A DNA stretch of 64,000 nt from Paragordius varius (taxonomy: Eukaryota > Animalia > Nematomorpha), in the NCBI GenBank assembly GCA_964247055.1, contig OZ176057.1, positions 4,650,001-4,714,000 of the forward strand, read 5' to 3'. Below are positions 52,349 through 64,000 of this stretch, in pieces. Position 1 is the first letter of the stretch; each line of letters starts with the position of its first letter. The position numbers and the translations under genes were made by a program. The notes under the pieces are model-generated. The model made no database searches. It was not told the DNA's origin and worked only from the letters and a program-made list of their open reading frames with translations.

Positions 52349-54345
52349 TTAGGTTTTTGAAAATATAAGGGCTCTGATAAACCTTGTGGTCCTGGAGGTG
52401 TGTGATTCGTACATTATTTGTAACAACTTAATATAACTTTCTGGCACCTTTTTACGACGGAGACTCCACCAAATAGTTTCTCTAGGAATCCTGTCAAACG
52501 CCTTCTCTATATCAATCAAAACCCCGTGTAATTCTTTCTTTTTTTCAATGTATTTTTCAATCAACCTCCTAACCGCATGTATAGGATCTACTGTTGACTT
52601 TCCTGGCATGAAACCAAATTGATTTCCTTCTATAGATATCATTTTCCTGATTCGCTTTTCAATTATTTTTTCAAACAATTTCATAGTGTGCGACATAAGT
52701 TTTATCCCTCTGTAGTTACTACATTCATTTATATCACCTTTTCCTTTAAATAAAGGCACAGTTAAACTTTCCTTCCATTCAACCGGGATTTCATACGTTG
52801 AAACAACTTTATTAAATACACGCTTCAAAAAATTTAATCCAGAATTTCCAAGCACTTTCCAACAATTTATATTTATGTCGTCCGATCCTACAGCTTTGTT
52901 GTTTGGCATTTCTAACAAATTAGATTCTACTTCCTTTTGTGTAATTGCTTCTATTGTTCTATCAGTAGCTTCAATTGTATTTAGCAAAAATATCTCGCCT
53001 ACCCCTTCATCTAAACTCACAAAGTACTCTTTCCATCTTTATAATATTTCTATATTTTCGCACAGCAAGCTTCCATCTTTTCCTTTTATTGCAGTCGCAT
53101 AACCTGGCAAATCCATCCTGAGTTTATTCCTTTGCTGCGCAACTTTATACACTTTGTTTAAACCTTGCTTACTATTTAACTCATCATAAAATAAATTCAT
53201 TTTTTCTTTCTTAACCTGGCCGACTAATTTTTTCAATTCCTTATTTAAACTTTTATACTTATCTCTATCATCATCATTCCTTGTATGTCCCCATTTGTCA
53301 AAAGCCTTACCTTTTTCTCGTGACATCAATATTATGCTTTCATCCTAAAGCCAAGCCTCTCTGTATACTTGAGATTTTCCGCCTTTTAATCCACAAACTA
53401 GAGTTCCTGCCTTTTTGATTAACTGACTTACTTTATCCCAATCACCATTTAACCCACCATCCTCGACCGTATTTCTTTTATAAAAGCCTGCCTTTTTTCA
53501 GATAATTTCTCCCACTTAATACTTTTTAATCTCTTTGAATAAGAACCACTTTGTTTAGACTTTTCTTTCACGAAAAATTTACAAATAAGTAAATTATGTT
53601 GCGAACTAACCTCTAAGTTTGGCACCACCTTACGATCTATAAAATCTATTTGAGATTTGTTGATGCCGCTCTTAAAAGTTACCAGATGACTCTCTCTTTT
53701 TTCGAAAAACGTGTTCGCTATCGCCAAATTGTGAGATTGTGCAAATCTAAGCAACTTAATTCCTTCCTCGTTTCTTTCTCCATAAGAATGTCCCCCGTGC
53801 CATATTTCAAAAGATTCCCTTTTTGAACCAAGATGACCATTAAAATCTCCACATAAAAACTTGACTCTGAGCTGAGGGAGAGCGACTATTTTTTCATCTA
53901 GAGTCTCGTAAAATTGCTCCTTTTCTTGTTTCGGTAAACCTATTTGCGGGGCATATATACTAAATACCGTTATGACCTCGTTACCTACCAAAATATCTAA
54001 ATTCATGATTCGGCTGTTATAGCGTCTTACTTCTTTAACCTGATTGGACAATTTGGGATTAATGATAATTGCCACTCCATTTCGTCCGCCACTTTCACCT
54101 GAGTAATATAGTCGATAATTCTCTTCCAAAGTCCTTCCTCCGTTTCCGCGGTAACGAGTCTCTTGTAATGCCAAAATATCAATATGTTTAACTTTCATTA
54201 TTCTCACAATATCATTTAACTTACTTTTCAATGAACCAACATTTAAACTAGCAAATTACAGGCATCTCGTATTCCTTTGCATTCTCTTTGTATTATTGGC
54301 CACAACACCAAAACCGCGGCTGGCCAGGCCTAACCGGTTATTACT
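52349..54345 (-). mobile_element. RTE-clade non-LTR retrotransposon fragment (APE endonuclease + N-terminal half of RT), frameshifted
   Basis: SLNVGSL, DILALQETR, YAPQIG, GDFNGH and SQIDF endonuclease motifs (53449..54231). RT motifs NKAVGSDDI, CSNYRGIKLMSHTMKLFEK, QFGFMPGKST and IDIEKAFDR (52349..53020). No YADD. Confidence 0.93.
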
Positions 54346-55487
54346 ATACACATCAATATTCATTTGACAGCTTTAAACAAACAAAAATAAAAATAATAAA
54401 ATTGAAGTGTCGAACTAATTATGACAAATTGATAGATGTTAAAAAAAACCTAGGCTATAGGTAAAAACGGAAATTATATTTCGCAATAAAAAAATTAATG
54501 CAAAATTTATGTATAAAACAATATAAATCAAGGGTTATTTTATGTGTCACAGTAAAAAATAAAATAAATAGTGCTAAATACTTATCCAAGAATACAATCT
54601 ATATATTTAAGAGAATATTAATAGGCAAATTATAGGAAAAGGCCAACGGTAAGTCCTACGTCCAAAAACAATAAGCATAATCATATTTTATTTTATTGAT
54701 TTAAAACAAATCTTATAAGACTTTTTATTAAACTAAATGGTTGTTGCATAAAATTTAAACAAAAAAATGAATAGTGCGGTAAAAAATTGATTTTTAACCT
54801 ATTAATGCAACTTACAAATCCTTTTAAAAAACGCCTATAAAATACATATTTTCCCATATTCAATGCATTATAACAAGTATTTAATAAATCTTACACGAGA
54901 TTTGTAAAATATTAAAAAAAATTAACTTACATCACTTCGAACCCTTAGTTTAGATTGGGGTAAATGCTTTAACAAAGCACTTAACACCTGAAAACTCTTC
55001 AACGATATGGAATGTTTAAAATCTTGGAAAATTGTTTCGTTTGATTTGACGGGTAGAATTTCATCTGTTATATCAAGGTTGATTATAATTTCTTGATTAC
55101 GTCGTAATAATTGTATCAAGTTAGGTCTATCGAAAATAATGGAAAATATGTGTTAATGTTTTAGACAAATGGTTTAATCAAAACTGATTGGAAAATATAA
55201 AGTAGACACAGTTCAAAACTTTTTTAGTTTTTTTAGATGATAATAATATACTTTTTTATATTAAAAAAAATAATTTTTACGTATTAAAGAGTAATATAGC
55301 CCATATATTTATAAAGCAGGAAAAATGCAAAGTTACATTTTCCTAAACTATTTTATAAATATTATTAGATCCTGATTTGAATAATATTTTTATAAAAATT
55401 ATGCATTTTAAACAATTATTAAAATTTTGTTACTAAATTTTTTATAAATCATGACTTATTCGGAATTAGTAAAAGTACATTTTAAAA

Positions 55488-55657
55488 CAGGGGTGTCCAT
55501 CACAAATATGTTCGCGGCTGCTTTAACAATTTTATGGTTTTTTTATTTATTTTGAGCCCAACTAATTTTGAATTATAACTCATAATCGTTAATTTTTGAT
55601 TGAAATCAAAATTTTGTTTTTTTAACCGCATCGAACAAAGCGTGTTAAACATCCCTG
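55488..55657. mobile_element. hAT MITE
   Basis: Ends CAGGGGTGT / ACATCCCTG; TSD TTTTAAAA/TTTTAGAA (7/8). Related decayed copy near 7705..7985. Confidence 0.7.
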
Positions 55658-55735
55658 TTTTAGAATTTGCTGCATAATTATAATGTGTTTTTCTTTATCA
55701 AAATATCTTTCGTAATTACAATAGATATAATATAT

Positions 55736-56386
55736 CAGGGCTTGGAACTGGTTCAAAAAAAGTGGAACCGGAACCGGGTCGGTTCCGGAACAAGTGGAAC
55801 CTAAACCACGTTGGTTCTTAAGAATTTAAAAATAGAACCAGACGGTTCCTGAACCGCCTTGGTTTCTTAAAAATTAGCGGTTCCGGAACCGGTTTTTTAC
55901 ATTTAAAACCTGCATTTTCGGTTCCACTTTTAATTTAATGTATAAAATTGTTATTATAAAAATACAACTAAAAATTAAATCAAACAATTCATTATGAATT
56001 ACCAAATGAAATAAACTTGAGATATGACTTAGTTTTTTTAGAAGTGTTGAATCGTCCATAATCCAAAGAGAATCGCTAATATTAGCCGCTTAGTTTTAGG
56101 TTTGAAGTAAGTTGTAATGTGTGGTGGTACAATCAAATTTAATAATAAAATAAAATTTTTATAATAAAACCATATGGGAACCAGTAATTAAGGGGGTCGA
56201 ACCGGATGGTTTGATCCTGAACGGTTGGAAACACAACCGGGTTTATTCTTAAAAATTTATAGATAAAACCGGGGTTCGGTACCGGGGTGGTTCCCGGAAA
56301 AGTGGAACCGGGACCGCGTCGGTTCCAACCCAATGAAACCGGTTCTTGTTAAAATCCCAGGAACCGGGTTCCGATTCTAAGCCTTG
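55736..56386. mobile_element. hAT-type MITE with GAACCG subterminal repeats, second copy
   Basis: Same TIRs and GGAACCGG arrays as 4785..5487; degenerate TSD TAATATAT/ATATATAT. Confidence 0.8.
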
Positions 56387-56849
56387 ATATATATATATAT
56401 ATAAGAACAAAGAATATATTAATGAATATCATTGCAAAAAAAAATTTTTGTGAAGTATAAAGTTATTTAATTACACATAAGGCTCGGTTGCCAGGTCTTT
56501 CGAGAGCTCAGAAGTCTCCATAACCATATCCCGTTTAACTATGCAGCATAAATCTCCTACTGGACATTCTATATAATATATTAGTTATAAATGTTTTTTT
56601 GTGGCGTTATAAAAAGTATTTTTAATAATTATCAATATTAACAATAATTAGCTGTTTGTCGAGGTTCTCTCTTCAAGCTTAATAATAAAATTATCTTTCA
56701 TCTAAGCTTTTTAAATTACGAGTTGATAAATAATATTTTGATTGGATTTTCTTACATATAGTAAACTAAGTTGCTTCGAAAAATATATCTGGAAACACAT
56801 GTAAAATCCAAAGTTTTTTTTATAAGGTGTGCAATTGATTTAACCATAT

Positions 56850-58160
56850 TTTTTAGATTTATTTGATGTCATGGCGATTGAAATATATGCGCATTTTTTG
56901 CATATTTAGGATCTGGGACAAAAAAGCATTGTACTTATTTAATAAAAATTTTACTATTAGATGTACAACATATATATATATAGATATATATATATATATA
57001 TATATATTAATATATTTATTGACAATAAACATATGAGATTTAGAACTAATATCTAATTTTTTCGACCTTGCAAGCGTCTAAAAATGATTCTCATTCACGG
57101 TGCACAAATTCGTAGGCTATATAAAATATCCTGATGAGATATATTCTGAGAGAAAAGCATGTTAGGATTATCATGCTTTTGGTTTTGGATCTAACGAATA
57201 ATTTAGAGTTATACCACTTTTGTAGTAATTGTTTTATATCGAAAAGCTGCAAATTAGGCATATTCATAAAAAAATTTTGTTGAAAGCCAAATGATACCCT
57301 TTTGAAATTATCATTCAATTGTGGCATACACTATATTTAAAAACTGGCCCATTTTATAGGCTCCAAAAGTCGCAACTTTTTGACTCCTCTATGGGCCAGT
57401 TTTTCAAAAAAAAGCCGATGTCCGATAATTTTCATATCTAGAATTCCACAATATAATAGAAAATTAAACAAAATTAATACTTTTTTTCTTTAAATTTGGC
57501 AATTTTTTTACCGTATTTTATAATATTTTGGAACGTGATGTAAATAATATATAAATTTTAATATTCCCAAAACACTTTTAATATAAAATTTGGTAATGCT
57601 TACCATTTCTATCACTCAAAAAAATTGCGTTTTGACGGGGAAATATATAGGGGTCTAAAAATATGTGTTTGGGGCCTACGCTTAACATTGTAAATTACAA
57701 TTTGGTTTTCAAATATAGTTTATGTGTTAATTTGATGATATTTTTACAAAAAAGAATTTAACATTCATCAAAAAAATTTATAAATTTGCCTAATATTCAA
57801 CTCTTTGATATAGCCCTTAGCACAAAAGTGGATATAACTCTAAATTATTCGTTAGACCTACCAAAAGCACCATCCTAATTTCTTTCTCAGAATATATTTG
57901 ATTCATCAGGATATTTTTTATAGGCTCCGATTTTGTGCACTGTGGATATGAATCATTTTTAGACGCTTTCAAGGACGATATTAATAATAAATATCATATA
58001 TTTATTGTCAATAAATATATTAATATATATGTTATACATCTTATAGTAAAATTTTTTAAAAATAAATGGGTAGTTCTTCAATGCTTTTGTCCCAACAAGA
58101 TCATCAAAATGCAAAAAGTGTGCAGATATTTCAATCGCCATGACATTTCGCTCAAAATAT
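56850..58160. mobile_element. Foldback-like element with long (~480 bp) imperfect inverted arms
   Basis: ~56850..57335 is the reverse complement of ~57710..58160 (e.g. GTCATGGCGATTGAAATAT / ATATTTCAATCGCCATGAC; CTAACGAATAATTTAGAGTTATA / TATAACTCTAAATTATTCGTTAG). Confidence 0.75.
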
Positions 58161-58573
58161 GGTAATGAATAGTTTTGGCCAATTTAAATAATTTATTTTT
58201 AAAATTTTGTTTTATTTATAGTTTATCAATATCTTTTGTTTTTAACTCATTAGAAGATACTATCATGTATCGAATTTGAATATAATTCAAGTTAAGAAAG
58301 TTGATAAGAATTTAAATTATTATTTTTACTTAGTCTAAGTATTTGATTCAACTGTAATTATAGACAAACTAAAGAAGAATTTAACTCAGCGTCATCTAGA
58401 GTAGCCTCGCGGTCCGCATTTGAAATTATATAAACATTCATCAATTTTCTAGTTAAATACTAATTGTATATACTTATTTGAAAAAAAATGAAAAAGAAAT
58501 ATCAATTCAACAAAGATTTTGTATATTTTTGGAATTATGTCACACGTCTCACAAAATATATTCCAGGAAAGCC

Positions 58574-59182
58574 TCATTTTGAAGACCCCTGATTTAGATA
58601 ACTAAAAAATTGTAATAAAAATGCCTTACTTTTGTTTTTACGTATTTTCCTTCGATTTTTGGTCTCAATCGTATGGTTTTTGTACACATTATTTAAACTA
58701 TTGATAATGCCATCTATGTCATTCGGGTTGACACCATTGGGCTGAGACGGTCCCCTGGTAAAAAGGTTAAAAATGTTAAGGATAAAGGGATCATTCCCAT
58801 TATTGGATTGGGCTTTATTTGATGGCCCTGATGGTGGTGGTGGAAACATAAATTGCCCCAAGACTGCATTATACGGGAATATGAAAATGTATAACGATAC
58901 CACCCAAAACAATGTTGATATAGGGTTATAGGAACTTTTTATCAATTTTTTACTTTTTCGGTTAAATATAGATAAAGTATGTAAAAATTGGATCTTAGCC
59001 AATCGAATTGTAAAAAAAAATGATATAATACGGAAGGATACCCTGATTACCAAGTCAATAAGATTCACAATTAGATTAAATAATAACAAAGTAGCTTTAT
59101 TATTGATAAATGCAAATAAATATAGGCCATTACTGGCTATTTGTTTTGCTATAATAGATGGTAAAGATAATCCGATTAACAT
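58574..59182 (-). CDS. Candidate hypothetical membrane/secreted protein (202 aa); structure uncertain
   Basis: Long ORF for this AT content, with hydrophobic segments followed by QFMFPPPPSG and a basic cluster (NRRKIRKNK). No homology recognised; start and possible introns uncertain. Confidence 0.4.
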   Translation of the reverse strand: MLIGLSLPSIIAKQIASNGLYLFAFINNKATLLLFNLIVNLIDLVIRVSFRIISFFFTIRLAKIQFLHTLSIFNRKSKKLIKSSYNPISTLFWVVSLYIFIFPYNAVLGQFMFPPPPSGPSNKAQSNNGNDPFILNIFNLFTRGPSQPNGVNPNDIDGIINSLNNVYKNHTIETKNRRKIRKNKSKAFLLQFFSYLNQGSSK

Positions 59183-60928
59183 GGATAGATGGATTTACGT
59201 ATATGGATATGTATATATGTTATATATTTATACAATCAACACTATTACTATGTTAAAAATCGGAAACACACAAAAATATACCAGTTTAAGGTACCTATAT
59301 CGTTTATTTATTTTAGAAGGGTATTTTTGCCCATTTACTATTTACTTTAGCTAGGGTGTCCTTTCTTTTGTTATTATTATCATCACATGTCAATATTAAA
59401 CCTTCGAAAACGCTCGTGTGTAGGTTTTTACTGGTTAAGCACCTAAAGTACATTTAGAAATGATAGTTATTTGTTTTTCCTTAATTATATCAAAGGGGTA
59501 AATGATTGTTATGTTTAACAACTCCCTTTTTTAAAATGTAGTTTGTAAAATCTAGTTCAAAATATATTTGTCAAATAAAATAAAAATAGTTATTTTACAA
59601 GCCCATTTTTTATTTTCCTTTCTTTGAATGGAAGGAAGGGGGGGGGGGGGGGTAACGGTGGTTCGAAAGCAATCTATGGCCTTAAATAATAGAATTTGCC
59701 ACAAACCGTAACACAAAAGTTAGTATTATATTTTTAAAATAGAGACATTATGCAACGAGATAATACAAAATTATAAAAGTAGGCCAAATAGATCCCTATT
59801 TTTAAAATTCGTGATTGAGGTATGCCTATGGAAAAATATTTAGTGTTATACAGTAAAAATTAAATTTATACCAACAAAATCTAAAATACATAGACAAAGA
59901 TTATCTTCCAAAAGACAACCTTCTACCTTTTAAACCTTAATTTTTCCCATGTATTATTTAATTACAATCTTAAAATATATAATTGCCATTACCATTTCTT
60001 CATTTTATATTTTGCAAGTTTACAAATTTTAAAAGAATCAACTTTTAAATTTGTATGATTGTATTCTAGAAAAAAATTTGTCTTTATATTTTTAAGTTTT
60101 TTTGTCCGTAGAGCTTTTACTATCAATAATATGTTTATTTCAAATAGCATGTGTGGAAGGACAAATATAAATATAAACACTTCGATTCAATTTGGGGTAT
60201 CAAAATACCCCAGGCCAAATTAAAGTTAAAATTTTTAAACTACTGAAAGAAATAGTCCAAATTTAAATTTATGCATCTATCCTAATACAAATTATATAAA
60301 TAAGCTAAAATATCTTAATAAAATTTCGTTTTGAAATAAAAGTTCCATGTCAAACTACTTGGCCGCCATTTTTATTTTGCAAAATTTTTGCAAAATATCG
60401 TGTTCAATTATTTTTCAAGGTATAATAAAAGCTAATTTTTATTTAAATCACATCTAACAATGATATAAACAGAAAAAGAGGTTTATTTTGTATTATTTTT
60501 AAATTTAGCAAATCCACACATGTCACGTTGACAAAATTTTTACCTTTCGGTTTTAGCTTAAAATAAGTAATATCAAGTATTTTTGAATAAAATTTTTTTA
60601 TATATTTCGGTTTATCAATGTTAGATAAGTGCAAAATTTTGCCATGGTTTCGATTCCTTCCATAATTTTTAATTTATTTAATTTTTAACAGGCCTGGGGT
60701 ATCCAACCCCAATTTGAATCGGAGGAAAATGAATGTGTTGTATCCAAGTGTTAAACAAAAGATAGATTGGATAATTTATTTAGTAAATATTTATTTTCAA
60801 ATTTATTATCCCTATTTAAAACTTAATATATATTATATTTAATTTAGTAGTTTTATAATTAAACATATGTAAATATCATTTAAGAAAATTATAAAGGATC
60901 TGCGATTTTTTTATAAAAAATTTATAAT

Positions 60929-61225
60929 TGCACTTTAATAACTGGGGACGACAATGTAAAGGTAACGGTAAATAAATTTATTATATATTGTACAAGAAAA
61001 TTAGGTTTAATGTATTAACATATATTAAGGTGAGATGTTTGCTTATATACAATTATCTCAAGGTATAATAATTTACAAGTGGTGGAGAGTTATAATAATA
61101 TAATAATAGTACACAGATAAGTTAATAGGTTAATGTAATAATATATACCAAATGTTGTTTGTGTGGTTAATCTAATCGTGTAATAACAGGTCTATTTAAA
61201 TTAGCCTGTCAGTTACATTCTAACA
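60929..61225 (-). repeat. 3' LTR of the second Gypsy element (left boundary approximate)
   Basis: Begins TGTTAG next to the PPT. Similar by eye to 3729..4033 (shared ATAACTGGGGACGA and ...CTAACA ends, ordered internal blocks). Confidence 0.75.
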
Positions 61226-61238
61226 TCACTACCCCCTC

Positions 61239-63979
61239 CTAACGAAAGCGGGCAGGTTTCTGACGGCTTCTTGTCGGGTACCATCGTTCTTGTGTTTTAG
61301 CGGGGGAGTAGATTGTCTCAGGTTTCTGGGTATTATCATTATTTGGACTTTCGGCTGTCGGAGTAATTGGTTCGATTTCGTCCCTTAAATTAATCGTGTT
61401 TGGTTGCGTTTCAGCGATTGTTCCATCATCCGTGGCAGTAGTTACCTTCTCCTCATTTGTGTTGCTGGAAGTGGTCGGCTGTGGTTGTGGTTGTTGTACT
61501 ATTTGGTCAGGGTGTTTCCTCACAACTTTGTCTCGGTCCTTGTCCCATACCTTGTATGAAAATAACCCGGTACGGTCCGTAATCTCTCCGGCGCGCCACC
61601 CTGGACTTAATTCATTTTTAATCATTACCTGGTCATTACTGGCAAACTGCCGTCGGGGGGTCGGTTCATCTAACAATCTCTCCCTACTATTTAACCAGGT
61701 TAAGGGCGTATGGGGGGTACGCTTGAACATTAACTGGGCCGGGGTTTCTTTCGTTGTTGAGTGTATAGAATTTCTATATGCCCATAGGCTAGTGTTAAAC
61801 GCTTCGTGGGTGGATATCCCATTATTTTTTATTCTTTTGTATTTAGTTTTTATTGTACCTACTAACCTTTCTACCATCCCATTACTCTTAGGGTGGTATC
61901 GGGTAACCTTAAAATGTTTCACCCCTAACGTACTTAAGGTTGACGTAAAGTACTCGTTACTGAAATACGAAGCGTTATCGCTCACGATCTCTCTTGCAAA
62001 GCAACCTTGCAAACGTTTCTTCTAATTTGTGGATTATTTTCGCTGCGGTTACCTTTTTCAAAATAAATCCTTCTGCCCATTTCGAGGCACTATCAATTAT
62101 CAGCAACCAATACAAACCGTCTACCGGTCCGGCTCAATATGCAAACGCTCCCATACAGCAACATTTTGATCCCACTGATACGTGGAATTCTGAGTAACAT
62201 TCGGCCTACTACGTTGGCACGATTCGCATTGACTACTGGCTTTTGCCAGGTCATTTTCTAATTCTGACCAATAACACGTAAATCTAGCCATCGCTTTCAT
62301 GGTCTCTACGTTGTTATGCCCGCTGTGTAGGTATCTCACCACCTCTTTTTGGAGGGGTTACGGAATTACTATCCGATCATTTAAACTTAATAAGCCATAT
62401 TGATATGCCAACTCGTCTTTACGGTTTACAAACTTTTCTAATTCTGGAGAACTCCAGTCATGGTTGCTTAACGCTTTAATTACTTTTTGTAATACTGAAT
62501 CTAATGCGGTTTTTTTTCGAATTTCATCTCTGCTTAACCGCACGTTATGACAATTCAAAAATCTCAAATATCTGGTAACCGCATAATCTTCATCATAGGC
62601 AACGATCTCGTCAATTGGCCATCTCGATAAATAATCAGCTCTATTTTGAGCCCCTTTTTGATGACTTATTTCAAAGTCGTATTCATTTATCATATTAATC
62701 CACCTTAGTATTTTAACATTATGTATCTCTTTTAAATTTCGATCTCTATTTATTAACTTTACTAAGGGTAAATGGTCAGTTAATATTATAAATTTTCTAC
62801 CATATATGAAGCTATGAAACTTTCGTAACGCAAATAATATTGCTTTTAATTCCTTCTCTATAGTGGAATAATTCCTTTCAGCGTTGCTACACTTTTGTGA
62901 GGCATACGCTATCGGTAACCTTTCACTATTAACTTCATGACTTAAAATACATCCGAATCCTAAATCTGACGCATCAGTTTCTATTATCAATTTCCTATTC
63001 GGATTATATGGTGTTAAAAACACTTTTTCGCTTAACAAATTATTAGCTGCTACCCAGCTTTTCTCATGTTTCTCAGTCCAACACCATCTCGTATTTTTAC
63101 TAGTTAATTCATGTAAGGGACCAACTATCATTTGTAATTTTGGTATAAAGCGTTCATGAAATGTCAAAAAACCTAAAAAACTACGTAACGACTTTTTATC
63201 TACCGGCCTTTTTAGTTCCTTAATTGCTTTGATTTAGCTTTCACACGGACTTATACCCTTTTTCGAGATTTCAAACCCTAAATAGTTTACTGATTCTGCG
63301 CCTATCATTATTTTATCTTGTCTTAATCCGGCCTTATCGAGACGACTTAATACGTTATTTAAATTGTTAATGTGCTCATTTTCCGTCCTACCAGTCACTA
63401 GAACGTCATCTAAATATACGCAAGTTCCCGGACTTTTAGCCAGCACTTGTGTCATCACTCTTCGGAAGATGATAGATGCCGTGGCCAGTCCAAACGGCAT
63501 GCGTTTGTATCTAAAAAAACCTTTATGTGTTGAGATAGTTAACAATTCTTGACACTCCTCTGCCACTGGCATCTGGAGGTAAGCATCTTTTAAATCAATT
63601 TTCGTGAATGTGGTACCTTCACCTATTTTTGACACCAACTCATCAAACGTGGGGATATGTGGAAGTCTTCTTGCAACCACTTATTAATCGGTACCCGAAA
63701 ATCACTACATATTTTTAATTCGCCATTCGGTTTAAGTACATTAACCGTAGGCGTGGCCCATGTCACAGGTGTGGTGTTAGGATCAACCGGTTCTAAAATG
63801 CCTAACTTTTCTAGCCTCGTCAGCTCTTTCACCACCTTTTCTCTTAATGGAAAAGGCACCCTGCGACATGGCCATACTTTCGGGATCGCATTCGCTGCAA
63901 TGCGAATTTTTACAGGGTCCTTATAACACCCTAACTTATTTTCGAATAAATTTTTAAAATTTTCACAAATCTCATTCAA
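61239..63979 (-). pseudogene. pol pseudogene (RT, RNase H, integrase) split over at least 5 frames
   Basis: Track ORFs 63623..63979, 63234..63680, 62358..63167, 62121..62342 and 61239..62012 tile a Gypsy pol homologous to the 27-31 kb element. Confidence 0.9.
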
Positions 63980-64000
63980 TTTAAGATAATTAACTTTAAC

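Larger units (their letters stand above)
60929..64000 (-). mobile_element. Second Ty3/Gypsy (Mag-like) LTR retrotransposon, decayed, continues beyond the window end
   Basis: Fragmented pol: WATPTVNV, KIDLKDAYLQ, YLDD, ETDASD, HSGH...CESC, SDNA, NGMVER. PPT AGGAGGGGGTAGTGA (61226..61240) abuts the LTR start TGTTAG. Confidence 0.93.

Noticed and set aside
55740-56386. GGAACCGG repeat arrays as CRISPR-like or satellite arrays
   Set aside because: Irregular spacing and no fixed repeat-spacer periodicity; they are subterminal repeats inside hAT TIRs in a eukaryotic context.
58820-58870. QFMFPPPPSG after a signal-like segment as an AKH/GnRH-type ligand near its receptor
   Set aside because: Q1, F4 and P6 fit, but the invariant Trp8 and the G-K/R-R amidation and cleavage site are absent.
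59630-59655. Poly-G run as a functional G-quadruplex or promoter element
   Set aside because: A single homopolymer with no supporting context; length is unreliable in assemblies.
61396-63926. Plus-strand ORFs 61396..62025, 63364..63552 and 63657..63926 (also 28342..30545 + ORFs)
   Set aside because: Antisense shadows of retrotransposon pol/gag.

Overview
Very AT-rich, intron-containing animal (probably protostome invertebrate) genomic DNA; no prokaryotic operons, rRNA, tRNA or CRISPR arrays seen. The main gene is a 3-exon class A neuropeptide GPCR of the GnRH/adipokinetic hormone (AKH)/ACP/corazonin receptor family on the + strand: join(17032..19497,31810..32275,34128..35227), 1343 aa. It is atypical: a ~300-aa N-terminus with a signal-peptide-like start and a KHKR/D convertase-like site, a ~400-aa first intracellular loop, a ~370-aa third loop and a ~28-aa C-tail. 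A 2-exon orphan secreted-protein gene follows on the same strand: join(36924..37026,40403..41772), 490 aa. A weaker candidate gene lies on the - strand at 58574..59182. The rest is dominated by transposable elements: a young full-length Mag-clade Ty3/Gypsy element with TG...TA LTR ends in GPCR intron 1; a second decayed Mag-like element running off the right edge, with a related solo LTR at 3.7-4.0 kb whose U5 carries an anti-PBS-like motif; a 3'-truncated RTE LINE; hAT (Buster-type) elements and MITEs; Tc1/mariner remnants; two Helitrons; a piggyBac-type MITE; a foldback element; and a ~1.15-kb tandem duplication. Exon joins, TSDs and alignments were read by eye; no searches were run.
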